Origin: Bdellovibrionota bacterium FG-1
GTDB taxonomy: Bacteria > Bdellovibrionota > UBA1018
Length of the DNA: 64,000 nt
Direction: 5' to 3'
Assembly: GCA_051382295.1 (NCBI GenBank)
Contig: JBBCAW010000008.1
Coordinates: forward strand, 140,148 to 204,147
Each line of letters begins with the position of its first letter. Position 1 is the stretch's first letter. Below are positions 28,987 through 40,229 of the stretch, piece after piece. Under the pieces are notes generated by a model that saw only the letters and a program-made list of their open reading frames with translations, did no database searches and was not told where the DNA came from. Made by a program: the position numbers and the translations under genes.

Positions 28987-30809
28987 ATCACATTCAAACC
29001 ACAACCCCCATTGTCGGGATCGACTTAGGAACCACCAATAGTTTAGTCGCCATTGTACGCGATGGCATTCCCGTCGTGTTAGATACGAGACAAGGCGGGC
29101 ATCTGGTACCCTCAGTCGTTTCACTGATCGGAGAGACGCCGTTGGTGGGCAATGAGGCTAAGCGACTTAAAGTGCGTGATGCGGCTCATACGGTATTTTC
29201 AGTCAAACGCTTGCTCGGGCGTGGATTTGATGACCTCAAAGAAGTGGCAGGCCAACTTCCTTATGAAATCGTACCCTCCGAGGGTATTGCGCGAATTCGG
29301 GTGGGTCAGCGCGAGTTCACGGCCATTGATATTTCTGCCATGATTTTGAGAGAACTCAAAGCGGGTGCCGAAAAGGCCCTCGGCCAACCGGTCACCAAAG
29401 CCGTACTTACCGTGCCCGCTTACTTTAACGATAGCCAACGTCAAGCCACTCGTACGGCCGGACGGTTGGCAGGCCTCGACATTCTGAGAATAGTCAACGA
29501 GCCGACTGCCGCAGCCTTGGCTTATGGGCTGGACCGCAAAAAACAAGGGCTCATTGCCGTTTACGATTTAGGCGGCGGCACTTTTGATGTTTCCATCCTC
29601 AAGCTCCAGGATGGTGTTTTTGAAGTTCTCGCCACCAACGGCAACACCGCACTCGGGGGTGACGACCTCGATCTGGCTCTCGCCCATGTGGTCGCAACCG
29701 CCATCAAAGACCAATGGGGTATCGATCCGTGGGCTGACATCGGCTTGAAAGCCTCACTGCTAGAATCAGCCGAAAACTGCAAGATCGCGCTTTCGACTCA
29801 GAAAGAGGCGACGTTTTTTCTGAAATACGAAAAACGAAAAATAGAAAAAAAATTCACGCGTTCTGAATTTGAGGCATTGGTCCGCCCCATCCTTGAAAGA
29901 ACCTGCGAACCTTGCCTCATGGCTCTCCGAGATGCGGGCATTGAACTCTCCGAACTTTCGGATCTGGTGATGGTAGGCGGTCCCACTCGGCTCAATATTG
30001 TGCAACAGGTGGCTCGCGAAATTTTTCAGCGCGAACCCAACACCTCGGTCCATCCAGATGAGGTCGTTGCTGCCGGCGCCGCAATTCAAGCTGATATCCT
30101 AGCGGGTCATAATCAGGATTTATTGCTTCTGGATGTTGTTCCGCTCAGCCTAGGACTTGAAACCTATGGCGGCCTGATGGCGACGCTTATTTCACGAAAT
30201 ACGCGAGTACCAACCGTGGCTCGTGAGGTCTTTACGACTTTTGTGGACAATCAAACCGGAGTGGATATCCACGTCTTGCAAGGCGAACGAGAGAAGGTTG
30301 CGGATAACCGCAGCTTGGCCCGCTTCAAACTGATGGGCATTCAACCGCAGCCCGCTGGGCTGCCTCGGATCCAGGTCACCCTCCTGATCGATGCCGATGG
30401 AATTCTTCAGGTGGCCGCGCGGGATCTCAAGACCGACCGCGAAGCCTCAATCGAAGTGCGTCCGAGCTTTGGGCTCACTGATGCCGAAGTCGAGAAAATG
30501 CTCGCGGCCAGCGCCCAGCACGCGGCCGAAGACCTCGCCTACCGGCGACTCGTTGAAGCGCGCACGAATGCGGAGCCCGTTCTTCGAGCCTCTGAAAAAG
30601 CTTGGACGGAGAACCAGCAGCTCTTGCCGCCTCAGGAAGCCGCCGAAATTCGATCCTGTTTAGATGAATTACATCAGGCAATGGGCCAAACTGATCCCGA
30701 GGCCGTTCAAAAGGCTAACTTTCGCTTGAGCCGCTCGACCAATCGACTCGCGAATCTCATTCTAAAAAACGCGATTAATCAAGCCAAGACACAGGAACCG
30801 CAGGAATAA
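28983..30809 (+). CDS. hscA: Fe-S chaperone Hsp70
   Basis: [35 protein letters not shown]; position in the isc operon. Confidence 0.92.
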   Translation: MNHIQTTTPIVGIDLGTTNSLVAIVRDGIPVVLDTRQGGHLVPSVVSLIGETPLVGNEAKRLKVRDAAHTVFSVKRLLGRGFDDLKEVAGQLPYEIVPSEGIARIRVGQREFTAIDISAMILRELKAGAEKALGQPVTKAVLTVPAYFNDSQRQATRTAGRLAGLDILRIVNEPTAAALAYGLDRKKQGLIAVYDLGGGTFDVSILKLQDGVFEVLATNGNTALGGDDLDLALAHVVATAIKDQWGIDPWADIGLKASLLESAENCKIALSTQKEATFFLKYEKRKIEKKFTRSEFEALVRPILERTCEPCLMALRDAGIELSELSDLVMVGGPTRLNIVQQVAREIFQREPNTSVHPDEVVAAGAAIQADILAGHNQDLLLLDVVPLSLGLETYGGLMATLISRNTRVPTVAREVFTTFVDNQTGVDIHVLQGEREKVADNRSLARFKLMGIQPQPAGLPRIQVTLLIDADGILQVAARDLKTDREASIEVRPSFGLTDAEVEKMLAASAQHAAEDLAYRRLVEARTNAEPVLRASEKAWTENQQLLPPQEAAEIRSCLDELHQAMGQTDPEAVQKANFRLSRSTNRLANLILKNAINQAKTQEPQE

Positions 30810-30814
30810 AGCCC

Positions 30815-31111
30815 ATGCCAAAAGTCACTTTCATGCCCATGAACCAAAGTTTCGAAGCCAGCGCGGGAGACAGCCTTCTCGACGTAGCCCTTCAACATGA
30901 CGTCCCCATGCAGCACGCCTGCGGAGGCTTTTGTGCTTGCACCACCTGCCATGTCGTTGTTCAATCGGGCGAGGACCAACTTTCGGATATCGAGGCAGAC
31001 GAAGAGGAACGCCTGGATCGAGCGATGGGCATTACGCTGCACTCTCGCCTAGGCTGTCAGGCGAAAATTAAAGGCGACGTCGTGGTTGAGATTCAAAACA
31101 TCGGGAGCTGA
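30815..31111 (+). CDS. fdx: ISC [2Fe-2S] ferredoxin
   Basis: HACGGFCACTTCH...SRLGCQ. Confidence 0.93.
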   Translation: MPKVTFMPMNQSFEASAGDSLLDVALQHDVPMQHACGGFCACTTCHVVVQSGEDQLSDIEADEEERLDRAMGITLHSRLGCQAKIKGDVVVEIQNIGS

Positions 31112-31117
31112 CATTGC

Positions 31118-32710
31118 ATGTTTCGTAAAATCGGCATTGCCGGGTTAGCGTTGGCCCTATGTGCCACTTTTGTGGGCTACCGGGAACACCGGGCCAAGGC
31201 CGCTAATACCCTTTCACCGGATTCTTCTAAAATTTTTACACTTCGAATTCAAGGGGAACCTGAAACCTTGGATTGGAACAAAGCCCATACTCCCATTGAG
31301 ACTTACATTCTGATGAATTTGATGGAGGGGCTAATCACTTACGATTCAAGTCTCAAGCCCATTCCTTCACTTGCTCAAAGCTGGACCATCAGCCCCGATG
31401 GACGCACCTATACTTTCAAACTTCGTGCTGGCGTCAAGTGGTCAGACGGCGTTCTTTTACGCGCGCAGGATTTTGTCTATAGCTGGAAGCGTCTTTTGTC
31501 TCCGATGACTGCGGCTTCTTATGCTTATTTTTTGTTTGATATCGAAGGAGCCGAATACTTCAACAAAGGCGCCATTCACGATTTCAATCAGGTCGGTGTC
31601 AAGGCGATTGATGACCTGACCTTACAGGTCAAACTCACCCGCCCCGTCGCTCACTGGATTCATATTCCGACGTTTTGGGTGACCTTTCCTCTCCGCGAAG
31701 ACGTGATCGAAAAATTTGGCGCCGCTTGGGATACTCCAGGCAGAATGGTTAACCTGGGCCCCTACAGTTTGGTCACCCATGATTATGATTCCAAAATAGT
31801 TCTAAAAGCCAACCCGCTCTACTGGGGTACCCGCGGCAACATCGATCAAGTCGTCTGCCAAATCGTCAAGGACGACTCCACAGCCCTCAGCCTCTACGAG
31901 TCGGGCAAACTCGACTTTTTAACGGACATTTCAACGCTTGACCTCCGACGCCTAGCCGGAAGGCCAGAGCTGAAAACTTTTCCCTATCTCAAAACAGGAT
32001 ACCTCGGTTTTGTCACGACCAAATACCCCTTGACGAACCTCAAAGTGCGCAAGGCCATTGCGATGGCGATCGATAAAGCCAAATTAGGCGACATCCTTCA
32101 TGGAGGTCAAAAATTGGCGGGTTCATTAGTCCCGCCCCAAATGCTCGGCCACCAACCCAGCTTCGGACTCCCTTTTGACGTCATCCGGGCCAAAGCCGAA
32201 TTGAGGACCTCTGGGCTCGATCTCAGTAAACCGCTTGCGATCGAGCTCCTGCTCCCGAACTGGGATAAACAGCTCACGCTTGCGCAATTTATGCAAAATG
32301 AGCTCAAGAAAAACCTCGGCATCAAGGTCACTCTTCAGCCTTTTGATAACAAAACCTTTCGCGCCCAATTGGATCTTCGAACCTTTCCGCTTTTTGAGGC
32401 AAGTTGGAGCGCGGATTACCCGGACCCGGATAATTTTTTGTCCGTTTTCTTAGGCTCATCTGGAAATAATCGCACGAACTGGAAGAGCGAAAAGTTTGAC
32501 GAACTTGTCATTTCGGCCCGTAATCATATGGATATCAAAGAACGCGCCAAGCTCTATTTAGCCGCACAGAAAATGCTCATTGAGGACGAGGCCATTATTG
32601 TGCCGCTGTACTACGAACCCAATATGGCGCTTGTGCGAGCTCGGGTGAAAAATCTGGAACTCAATCCACTCAATTACTTACTGCTACGTAAAGTACTGTT
32701 GGCGAATTAA
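31118..32710 (+). CDS. oligopeptide ABC transporter substrate-binding protein (OppA family)
   Basis: EPETLD, YTFKLRAGVKWSDG, DFVYSWKRL, WSADYPDP. Confidence 0.9.
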   Translation: MFRKIGIAGLALALCATFVGYREHRAKAANTLSPDSSKIFTLRIQGEPETLDWNKAHTPIETYILMNLMEGLITYDSSLKPIPSLAQSWTISPDGRTYTFKLRAGVKWSDGVLLRAQDFVYSWKRLLSPMTAASYAYFLFDIEGAEYFNKGAIHDFNQVGVKAIDDLTLQVKLTRPVAHWIHIPTFWVTFPLREDVIEKFGAAWDTPGRMVNLGPYSLVTHDYDSKIVLKANPLYWGTRGNIDQVVCQIVKDDSTALSLYESGKLDFLTDISTLDLRRLAGRPELKTFPYLKTGYLGFVTTKYPLTNLKVRKAIAMAIDKAKLGDILHGGQKLAGSLVPPQMLGHQPSFGLPFDVIRAKAELRTSGLDLSKPLAIELLLPNWDKQLTLAQFMQNELKKNLGIKVTLQPFDNKTFRAQLDLRTFPLFEASWSADYPDPDNFLSVFLGSSGNNRTNWKSEKFDELVISARNHMDIKERAKLYLAAQKMLIEDEAIIVPLYYEPNMALVRARVKNLELNPLNYLLLRKVLLAN

Positions 32711-33600
32711 CTGGTCGCTACCCCAACGCCGAGTTCGAGGTAAGTCTCACGCCCCTGCGCGGTGTTGGCGAGGATATCCGAATCCACCCGCCACCGTCCC
32801 GTCTGACCCAGCAAGATGACCGTCGAGGCTCCAAACAAGAAGTACCCCTTCTCATCCCCGCGCGTAAAAGGTTGGTTCGACTCGTGCGTTTGCATAATCC
32901 GCCCCACACACATGGCTCCCACTTCAATGTAGGCAAGCTTTCCAAATTCTTTGGTATCCAAAATCGAAACGACGCGCTCATTCGTGCATAAAACAGCGCC
33001 GTGAGCATGGAGCGCCATCGGGTTGACCGAATGTAATTTACCGGGGAGCCGATACTGCTCCAATGTTCTTCCATCCGTCGGATAATGAAAGCGATGGTAA
33101 TCGACTGGACAAAGACGCGCAATCAACAGTGGACCGCCCTCGAACTCCTGCGCAAGGTCCGCGCGTTCCAACAAGGTCCGCGCGGTGAGATACTGCCCCT
33201 TCACCGGATAAGTCTGCTCAAGCGAAATTTTGTCCCATCCTAGGTAGCGGGCTTCGGCAAATGCGCCCAACCGCTTGGGATCTGAAATGAACGGACGCAC
33301 TCCAGGCCTAAAACGACGAATGAAAAATTCGTTGAACGTCTTGAACCGAGTGTCTTCATAGAGTTCCATTGGAATCTTGAAATGTTCAACAAATGAAGCA
33401 ATTTTACGACGACTCAACGACGAAGACTGAAGAACACCATAAAGTCGACTCAGCCAATAACCCGCCAGCACGCGGTCTGCAAAAAACTTACCGAGCGTGT
33501 TTCCATAGAGCAGCCGGACAAAGGTCTCACCGTATACCTGTTCGGTTTCTTCGCATTTTTTAGCGCGGTTCCAATACCTAATTTGCATCATTACGCTCAT
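32707..33600 (-). CDS. psd: phosphatidylserine decarboxylase
   Basis: FNEFFIR, RLCPVDYHRFH, EVGAMCVG, FLFGAST cleavage motif. The start overlaps the proC stop (TAATG). Confidence 0.92.
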   Translation of the reverse strand: MSVMMQIRYWNRAKKCEETEQVYGETFVRLLYGNTLGKFFADRVLAGYWLSRLYGVLQSSSLSRRKIASFVEHFKIPMELYEDTRFKTFNEFFIRRFRPGVRPFISDPKRLGAFAEARYLGWDKISLEQTYPVKGQYLTARTLLERADLAQEFEGGPLLIARLCPVDYHRFHYPTDGRTLEQYRLPGKLHSVNPMALHAHGAVLCTNERVVSILDTKEFGKLAYIEVGAMCVGRIMQTHESNQPFTRGDEKGYFLFGASTVILLGQTGRWRVDSDILANTAQGRETYLELGVGVATS

Positions 33601-34400
33601 TACACTCCGCGAAGACTCTTGCTTCGCTTGGTGGCCGCCAAAACCGCCTTGATCAAAGTCACGCGCAGCTTTCCTTCTTCCAAGGCCATCAACCCATCGA
33701 TGGTACATCCGGCCGGCGTGGTCACTTCGTCTTTGAGTGCCGCCGGATGCACGCCACGATCCAAAACCATTTGCGAAGCACCCGCCAAAGTTTGCGCTGC
33801 AAGCAAGGTCGCAGTCTCGCGTTTAAGACCGATTTTAACGCCGGCTTCACTCAGCGCTTCAATGATCAGGTACACATAAGCGGGGCCACAACCACTGAGT
33901 CCCGTTACCCCGTCCATGAGTGACTCTTCGACAGTAGCCGTGAGCCCCAATGGACCAAAAATTTGCTCGGCCAGTTTAAAATGCTCTTTCAGCGCGCCGG
34001 GGCCCGCGCAAAAAACGGTCATCCCCTTGCCGATCAAACAAGGGGTATTGGGCATGGCTCGAATAATAGCCGCTTTTCCACCCGACCACTGAACCAACTG
34101 TTCGGTCGTAATGGAAGCACAGATCGATAAAAGGAGTTGTCCCTTCGTTAAGGCCGGGGCGATTTCGCGCGCGACTTTTTCAGCCTGATGCGGCTTCACA
34201 CAAAGAAGCACCACATCCGCGTCGTGCACTGCCTGAACACTATCCGTAGTACAATGAACTTTAAGCCGCTCGACCACCCCTTGAGCGCTTTCAGGAGTTC
34301 GAGTGGAACCTCGAATCGAAAGCCCGGGAATCCGCTGTTTTAAAAGCCCTTGCGCCACGGCCTCACCCATTTTACCCATTCCGATGATTCCGATTTTCAT
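33600..34400 (-). CDS. proC: pyrroline-5-carboxylate reductase
   Basis: IGMGKMG, RAMPNTP, GLSGCGPAY, VTTPAGCTI. Confidence 0.95.
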   Translation of the reverse strand: MKIGIIGMGKMGEAVAQGLLKQRIPGLSIRGSTRTPESAQGVVERLKVHCTTDSVQAVHDADVVLLCVKPHQAEKVAREIAPALTKGQLLLSICASITTEQLVQWSGGKAAIIRAMPNTPCLIGKGMTVFCAGPGALKEHFKLAEQIFGPLGLTATVEESLMDGVTGLSGCGPAYVYLIIEALSEAGVKIGLKRETATLLAAQTLAGASQMVLDRGVHPAALKDEVTTPAGCTIDGLMALEEGKLRVTLIKAVLAATKRSKSLRGV

Positions 34401-34418
34401 AAGATAGCTCCGTGAAAT

Positions 34419-34970
34419 TTATTCAAGATAGGGACCGAGACCCTGGGCTTTACGAATGGCGTCCGCCACCTCGCGAACCGCCCCCCAACCGCCGAGAGAC
34501 TCCGTCACATAGTGGGCGCGACGTTTGACTGGATCCACGGCATGAGGAACCGTGGCGCTAAAGCCGACTTTCTCAATCACCGGAATATCAAAGAGGTCAT
34601 CGCCCATGAACGCCATCTGCTCAAGCGCAAGTCCCGTCGTGACAATGATCTTATCAAGGGCCTTGAGCTTGTCCTCATCGCCCAAGAACACGTGTTTGAT
34701 TTTCAAGAACTCCATGCGCGTGCGCACATCTTTGGAGTCCCCCCCGCTAATAATGGCGACGTCGATCCCGCACTTCATCAGAATTTTAAGGCCATAACCA
34801 TCTTTGATATGAAAGTGCCGAGTCCAACCATGCCCGTCGAGCCAAAAGATGCGGCCATCGGTCATCACGCCGTCGACATCGAGAATGAGTAGGCGAATTT
34901 TTTTCAATCGATTTTGAATATCGGTGGTTTCTAGGAGTTTCGATGCGGCTACAGAACTAGGCGGTATCAT
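34419..34970 (-). CDS. kdsC: KDO-8-phosphate phosphatase
   Basis: LDVDGVMTDG, MGDDLFD, GGWGAVREV. Confidence 0.92.
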   Translation of the reverse strand: MIPPSSVAASKLLETTDIQNRLKKIRLLILDVDGVMTDGRIFWLDGHGWTRHFHIKDGYGLKILMKCGIDVAIISGGDSKDVRTRMEFLKIKHVFLGDEDKLKALDKIIVTTGLALEQMAFMGDDLFDIPVIEKVGFSATVPHAVDPVKRRAHYVTESLGGWGAVREVADAIRKAQGLGPYLE

Positions 34971-35057
34971 TTGAATTCAGCTTATCGAAAAGAAGCTATT
35001 AAAACCAACGATTTATGTGTTCTTGACTTATTTGGTTTATTATTGTAAATCAGATCA

Positions 35058-35543
35058 ATGCTTCGCCCCGAGTTCTTAAAACGAATCTTCGGTTTGCTTT
35101 TGATTTTGCTCATTTGTGGGGGAGCCCTGTTTGGACTCTTTGGAACAGAACACTGGGGTCTTCCATCACCCATGATCTCATCAACTCCAAGTGTCGTCGC
35201 AGAATCACAAAAAACATTGCCGCCATCAGAGGAAGCCGGCTCGTTGCCGACTGCATCCCCAATCGAAGAAGACCAAGACTCCATCGTCGCCTTTGCGCAT
35301 AGCCAAGCCGGAATAATGCAAGAGGCTTTGGAATCCGAAACCGCCGCTACGGCGGTGTTTACCAAACTCGAAACCTGTGTCAACTCGGCTTCGGGTCAAA
35401 TCACCAATCAGGAGCGACTGATCTGCCTGGCCAATGCAAAGCGCTTGGCCGAGGACTATTCGGAGAAACTGGGCGCACGATTCAACCGTCTAGGTAGCCA
35501 GCACCCCCAGTTGATAGGCACGCTGGAGGCTACGGGGTTGTAG
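35058..35543 (+). CDS. hypothetical membrane-anchored protein
   Basis: 161 aa with an N-terminal TM helix, Pro/Ser linker and a Cys pair. Confidence 0.55.
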   Translation: MLRPEFLKRIFGLLLILLICGGALFGLFGTEHWGLPSPMISSTPSVVAESQKTLPPSEEAGSLPTASPIEEDQDSIVAFAHSQAGIMQEALESETAATAVFTKLETCVNSASGQITNQERLICLANAKRLAEDYSEKLGARFNRLGSQHPQLIGTLEATGL

Positions 35544-35556
35544 GTTTGGGAGCGCC

Positions 35557-36546
35557 TTAGAGTTTAAGCTCCGGACGCCCCAGGATTTGAAGGTATTTCT
35601 CCATTGTTAATTTAACCGGTGGGCCATCGGGCGTCATTCGGATTTCTCGTCCCCCCAAAATGGATCCAAGGGTCACCAGAGCCGCGTCCTGAATTTCCCA
35701 GGTCTTGACCCGCCTCCGGATAAACTCCACATAGGAGTCGCCCTTCAGATACTCATCGTATTCTGCTTTGTCAGAATAGCCGATCATAAAGTCCTGCGCC
35801 AGACCACTCAACGAGGCCCCTTGCATCGAAACGATCTTATCATCGCCTCGCACAAAAAAAGTAGCTACTTCGGCCGTCCTGTATTGCATCACGCTGGCAG
35901 ACTGATCGGTGTAATCGGTCAAATCCACCATTCGGATCCCAAATCGCTTCACGTATTGTAAAAACTCTAAGGATTTATTTTGAATGACCTCGTCTGTTTG
36001 CGGCTCGATCACCAGATAGGATTGAAAATCCTTCGGGGCCGCCTCATTCATAAGAACCGCATTGAAAAAATGCCCGGGATAGGTGGCCATCACCAAGGGA
36101 ATCTGAAATTTCAGTTCCTTTCTGGTTGCATCTACCTTCGCCGTAGCAAGGCGCTTTCTCGCCCCCGGATCCAGCATGCCTCGATTACTATAACGCGAAT
36201 AAACCTGCGCTGCAAATCCAGTACAAAGACTATCAAAGGATTCATATTTTCTCTGACTGGTGTCGTCACGGACCAGAATGAACCTCACCAGTTCTTCACG
36301 CGCAGATCTGGTTTTCAGATAGGGCCAGATCGGAAGATCATTGGGCCATTCGTCAATCGCCTTTTTATAATCCTTTGATTTTGCGGGCTGGCCACTCAAA
36401 ACAATCAGAGGTTTTTCCAAAATTTTAGTTTGAAGGTCATTGATCTTGGTGACTTCTACCATACCCCCTAGGGGCTTTGCACAATCCTGGGAATCTCCAA
36501 AAACTGAGTTGAATCCGGCAAGAAATACCATAAAAACGAAGATCAT
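35557..36546 (-). CDS. secreted protein, putative papain/transglutaminase-like Cys-His-Glu enzyme
   Basis: Signal peptide; SLCTGFA...GHFFNAV...VIEPQTD. Confidence 0.55.
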   Translation of the reverse strand: MIFVFMVFLAGFNSVFGDSQDCAKPLGGMVEVTKINDLQTKILEKPLIVLSGQPAKSKDYKKAIDEWPNDLPIWPYLKTRSAREELVRFILVRDDTSQRKYESFDSLCTGFAAQVYSRYSNRGMLDPGARKRLATAKVDATRKELKFQIPLVMATYPGHFFNAVLMNEAAPKDFQSYLVIEPQTDEVIQNKSLEFLQYVKRFGIRMVDLTDYTDQSASVMQYRTAEVATFFVRGDDKIVSMQGASLSGLAQDFMIGYSDKAEYDEYLKGDSYVEFIRRRVKTWEIQDAALVTLGSILGGREIRMTPDGPPVKLTMEKYLQILGRPELKL

Positions 36547-36793
36547 CGACTGCTCTTTCTTTTAAGCAAGGGCTCGGGTCTTCAACTCGGAGATCACTAG
36601 GGGGTCGACGCATCAGGCAGATGCGTGCTTTGCGCCGAATGCCCATCAAAGGTCTTCCTCGTGAGCCTCTTTTCACAAACAATCCCCTCCGGCCATTTAA
36701 GTGTTACATAATTACACCTAAATGCTCATACTTATTATTGTCATTTAAAATCAATCACTTATAAAACAAACCCCTCAACCTGTGACGCAGACC

Positions 36794-37666
36794 TTAACCA
36801 AAAGGTGCGGAGCACCTTAGAAGCTTAGGCATCCCTTGCACAAGCTGGCGGATTTCAAAAATCTGTTTCACAAACGCGCCGACATGTTCGAGGTAAAACG
36901 CATTGGGGCCATCGCTCTTGGCTTGGTCCGGACGGGGATGAGCCTCCATAAACAAACCATCGGCGCCGGCGGCAAAAGCAGCCCGGGCTAAGACCTCGAG
37001 ATTTTCGCGTTTTCCACCCGTACTCTTGCCACCCGCCCCGGCTCCGGGGGACTGAATCGAGTGAGTAGCATCATAAATGGCCGGGACGCCAAACCGTTGA
37101 ATTGTCTGAAAGGAAGTCATGTCCACGACCAGCGTATTGTACCCAAACGAAACGCCGCGTTCCGTGATGCAAAACCAATCGTTAGAGGGTGCCGAAACCT
37201 GGCCACTCTCCACGAGCGACTTCTGAACTTCGTGAACTTTTTCGACAATGTTTTTAGCATCCCAAGGCGCCAAAAACTGCCCTTTTTTGACGTTCAACCG
37301 CGCACCCCGCTTCAAAGCCACCTCGGCACCCGCGACGATCATATCCGTCTGCCGACATAAAAAAGCCGGAATCTGGATGAAATCGCAGATCTCACCAATG
37401 GCCTCAGCCTGATCGGGCGTGTGCATGTCCGTCAAAAGCGGCAAACCCGTTTTCTCTTTGACCTTGGCCAGGATCTTAAGACCGGCTTCCATCCCAGGTC
37501 CGCGAAACCCGTGAATCGAAGTACGATTGGCCTTATCAAAAGAGGCCTTAAAATAAAGCTGCAGCGGTAAACCCGCCAACTGCCGCTTCAGTTCTTGCGC
37601 CACCTCAAGACAGAGCCCCTCATCCTCAATCACGCATGGACCTGCAATCAACGTCATAGGTCTCAT
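36794..37666 (-). CDS. kdsA: KDO-8-phosphate synthase
   Basis: IAGPCVIE, KASFDKANRTS, QIPAFLCRQTD, KKGQF, DATHS. Confidence 0.96.
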   Translation of the reverse strand: MRPMTLIAGPCVIEDEGLCLEVAQELKRQLAGLPLQLYFKASFDKANRTSIHGFRGPGMEAGLKILAKVKEKTGLPLLTDMHTPDQAEAIGEICDFIQIPAFLCRQTDMIVAGAEVALKRGARLNVKKGQFLAPWDAKNIVEKVHEVQKSLVESGQVSAPSNDWFCITERGVSFGYNTLVVDMTSFQTIQRFGVPAIYDATHSIQSPGAGAGGKSTGGKRENLEVLARAAFAAGADGLFMEAHPRPDQAKSDGPNAFYLEHVGAFVKQIFEIRQLVQGMPKLLRCSAPFG

Positions 37667-37667
37667 C

Positions 37668-39419
37668 TTAAACCGCTCCATCCAACGCTTTAGTCTTAAA
37701 GGCGGACTTTCCTTCCGTATCAGACGACCCCAAACCGCGAGAACCCATACCAGGCAGCGTGCGCTGGGTCACTCGCGCCGCTTCTTTTGCAGCCTTAATG
37801 AACGAAACAAACAAGGGATGAGGATGTAAGGGACGGCTCAAAAACTCGGGATGAAACTGACAGCCTAAGAAATAAGGATGTTGAGGGAGTTCGACCATTT
37901 CGACCAGCTCAACTTCCGCAGCTCCAGACGAAGCCGCCTGCAGAAGATGTTTTCCGCTGACCACTAAACCCTTCTCTTCGAGCTGAGGGCGAAACTGATT
38001 GGAGACCTCAAAGCGATGCCGATGTCGCTCAGAGATTTGTTCTTTCCCATAGGCCTTAAAAGCTTGCGTCGGTTTACCCTGAAATTTAGGGGTAATTTGA
38101 CAGCCATAGGCTCCTAGGCGCATCGTCCCGCCCATATCCTTCACGTCTTTTTGGGATTCCATCAAGTCCACTACATTGGCCACGCCACCCGGAGTAAACT
38201 CAGCCGAACTCGCATTCTTGATGCCAGCCACATGGCGAGCAAACTCGATCACGGCGAGTTGCATTCCCAAGCAAATCCCAAAATAAGGGACATTCTCTTT
38301 GCGAGCGTACTCAATGGCTCGAATCTTTCCCTCTACGCCACGATCACCAAAGCCTCCCGGGACCAAAATCCCATCCACCGAGCGCAAGAGATCGAGATTT
38401 TTTCCATTTTCGAGTTCTTCTGAATCAATGTAGAGCATATTGACTTTGACTTCGTTAGCCGCGCCACCATGAATCAAAGCCTCGTTCAGCGACTTATAAC
38501 TTTCGCGCCAATCCGTGTACTTACCCACGACGCCAATGGTGACTTCGCCCTTGGGCTTGCGAAGCTTGGCGACCATCGCTTCCCATTTGGAAAGATCAGG
38601 ACGCCCGGTCCAGATTCCCAATTTTTCAACGATTTTTTCATCCAAGCCTTCTTTATGAAAATAAAGAGGGACTTCGTAAATACTCGCCACGTCCACGGCA
38701 CTGAAAACCTGTTCGCCAGGAAGATTACAGAACAACCCGATCTTGTCCTTCACGTCCTTAGGCAGCGCTCGATCTGAGCGACAAAGCAAAATGTCAGGCT
38801 GAATCCCGATTTCCCGAAGTTCCCTGACTGAATGTTGAGTTGGCTTAGTCTTGAGCTCAGCGGCCGCTGAAATATAAGGCACCAAGGTGACGTGAACAAA
38901 CATCACGTTGTCGCCCCCTTGCTCGACCTTCAGCTGGCGAATGGCCTCCAGAAACGGAAGGCTTTCGATATCCCCGACCGTTCCACCGACTTCAACAATG
39001 GCAAGATCGGCCTCTTGAACCGCATCAAAGATGTGGCGCTTAATCTCGTCAGTAATATGGGGAATGACCTGAACGGTTTTGCCCAAATAACCACCGGCGC
39101 GTTCGCGGCGAATGACGGTGTCGTAAATACGGCCCGTCGTAAAACTGTTTTTGCGGGTAAAGCGCGCGTCTTGAACAAAACGCGAGTAATGCCCCAGATC
39201 GAGATCGGTTTCAGCGCCGTCGTCTAGGACAAAAACTTCGCCATGTTGAAACGGGCTCATCGTACCGGGGTCAACATTAAGGTACGGGTCCATTTTGACC
39301 ATCGTGACCTTGATGTTGCGGTTTTCCATCAACATGCCGATCGAAGCAGCGGCTATGCCTTTTCCGATACTTGAGAGCACACCACCCGTGACAAAAATGA
39401 ACTTTTTCTGCTTCGCCAT
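37668..39419 (-). CDS. pyrG: CTP synthase
   Basis: [39 protein letters not shown]. Confidence 0.98.
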   Translation of the reverse strand: MAKQKKFIFVTGGVLSSIGKGIAAASIGMLMENRNIKVTMVKMDPYLNVDPGTMSPFQHGEVFVLDDGAETDLDLGHYSRFVQDARFTRKNSFTTGRIYDTVIRRERAGGYLGKTVQVIPHITDEIKRHIFDAVQEADLAIVEVGGTVGDIESLPFLEAIRQLKVEQGGDNVMFVHVTLVPYISAAAELKTKPTQHSVRELREIGIQPDILLCRSDRALPKDVKDKIGLFCNLPGEQVFSAVDVASIYEVPLYFHKEGLDEKIVEKLGIWTGRPDLSKWEAMVAKLRKPKGEVTIGVVGKYTDWRESYKSLNEALIHGGAANEVKVNMLYIDSEELENGKNLDLLRSVDGILVPGGFGDRGVEGKIRAIEYARKENVPYFGICLGMQLAVIEFARHVAGIKNASSAEFTPGGVANVVDLMESQKDVKDMGGTMRLGAYGCQITPKFQGKPTQAFKAYGKEQISERHRHRFEVSNQFRPQLEEKGLVVSGKHLLQAASSGAAEVELVEMVELPQHPYFLGCQFHPEFLSRPLHPHPLFVSFIKAAKEAARVTQRTLPGMGSRGLGSSDTEGKSAFKTKALDGAV

Positions 39420-39460
39420 GAACGGCAGTTTAACCGGCCAGGGGATCAAAGCAAAGGGGG

Positions 39461-40195
39461 TTAAGCCAGAAGTTTTCTAACTTTTTCAAGATCCTCGGGA
39501 GTATCCACGCCCACTGAAATAAAGTTGACTTCCGCGATTCCAATGGGGATTCCTGCCTCAAGGGCGCGCAACTGTTCTAGAATTTCACCTTTCTCAAACG
39601 CGGACGGCGCCAAGGAGCGAAATTTCATGAGGGTAGCGCGATCATAGACGTAAAGTCCGACATGGCGCATACAGGCAAACTTTTCGCCCGCAGAGGGTTC
39701 GGCACCCCGACTGTAAGGAATGGGGAGCCTCGAAAAATAAATCGACCGCCCCAGGCTATCCGAGATGACTTTGACCACGGATGAATCATGGAGTTCACGT
39801 CGATCTCTCAGTGGAGTCATCGCGGTCCCCATCGGAAACCGACCTGACTTGACTAAATCAACGGCTTTTTCAATGGCCAGTGGGTCCATCATGGGCTCAT
39901 CACCCTGGATATTTACATAGATATCCGCAGGGATCTGATCGGCGACAGCTCCAACGCGATCCGTGCCACTCTGAAGGTCACTCGAGGTCATCACAGCCTC
40001 ACCGCCAAAACTCCGCACAACGGTCGCCACCCGCTCGTCATCCGTAGCCACGACGACTCGATCCAACCCTCGCGCTGCCTTGGCCCTTTCGTAAACCCAC
40101 TGAATCATCGGTTTACCATGAATGAGCGCGAGCGGTTTGCCAGGGAGCCGCACAGAGGCGTAGCGAGCAGGAATGACAGCTAATACTGAGGACAT
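39461..40195 (-). CDS. kdsB: CMP-KDO synthetase
   Basis: [37 protein letters not shown]. Confidence 0.96.
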   Translation of the reverse strand: MSSVLAVIPARYASVRLPGKPLALIHGKPMIQWVYERAKAARGLDRVVVATDDERVATVVRSFGGEAVMTSSDLQSGTDRVGAVADQIPADIYVNIQGDEPMMDPLAIEKAVDLVKSGRFPMGTAMTPLRDRRELHDSSVVKVISDSLGRSIYFSRLPIPYSRGAEPSAGEKFACMRHVGLYVYDRATLMKFRSLAPSAFEKGEILEQLRALEAGIPIGIAEVNFISVGVDTPEDLEKVRKLLA

Positions 40196-40229
40196 AGAGC
40201 GACCTTTCTTATGAATCGAAACAACACGT

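Noticed and set aside
36547..36793. possible riboswitch or ncRNA (hairpin ACGCATC-AGGCA-GATGCGT)
   Set aside because: Only one short hairpin; I could not match a GEMM/c-di-GMP or other riboswitch consensus. A covariance search would be needed.
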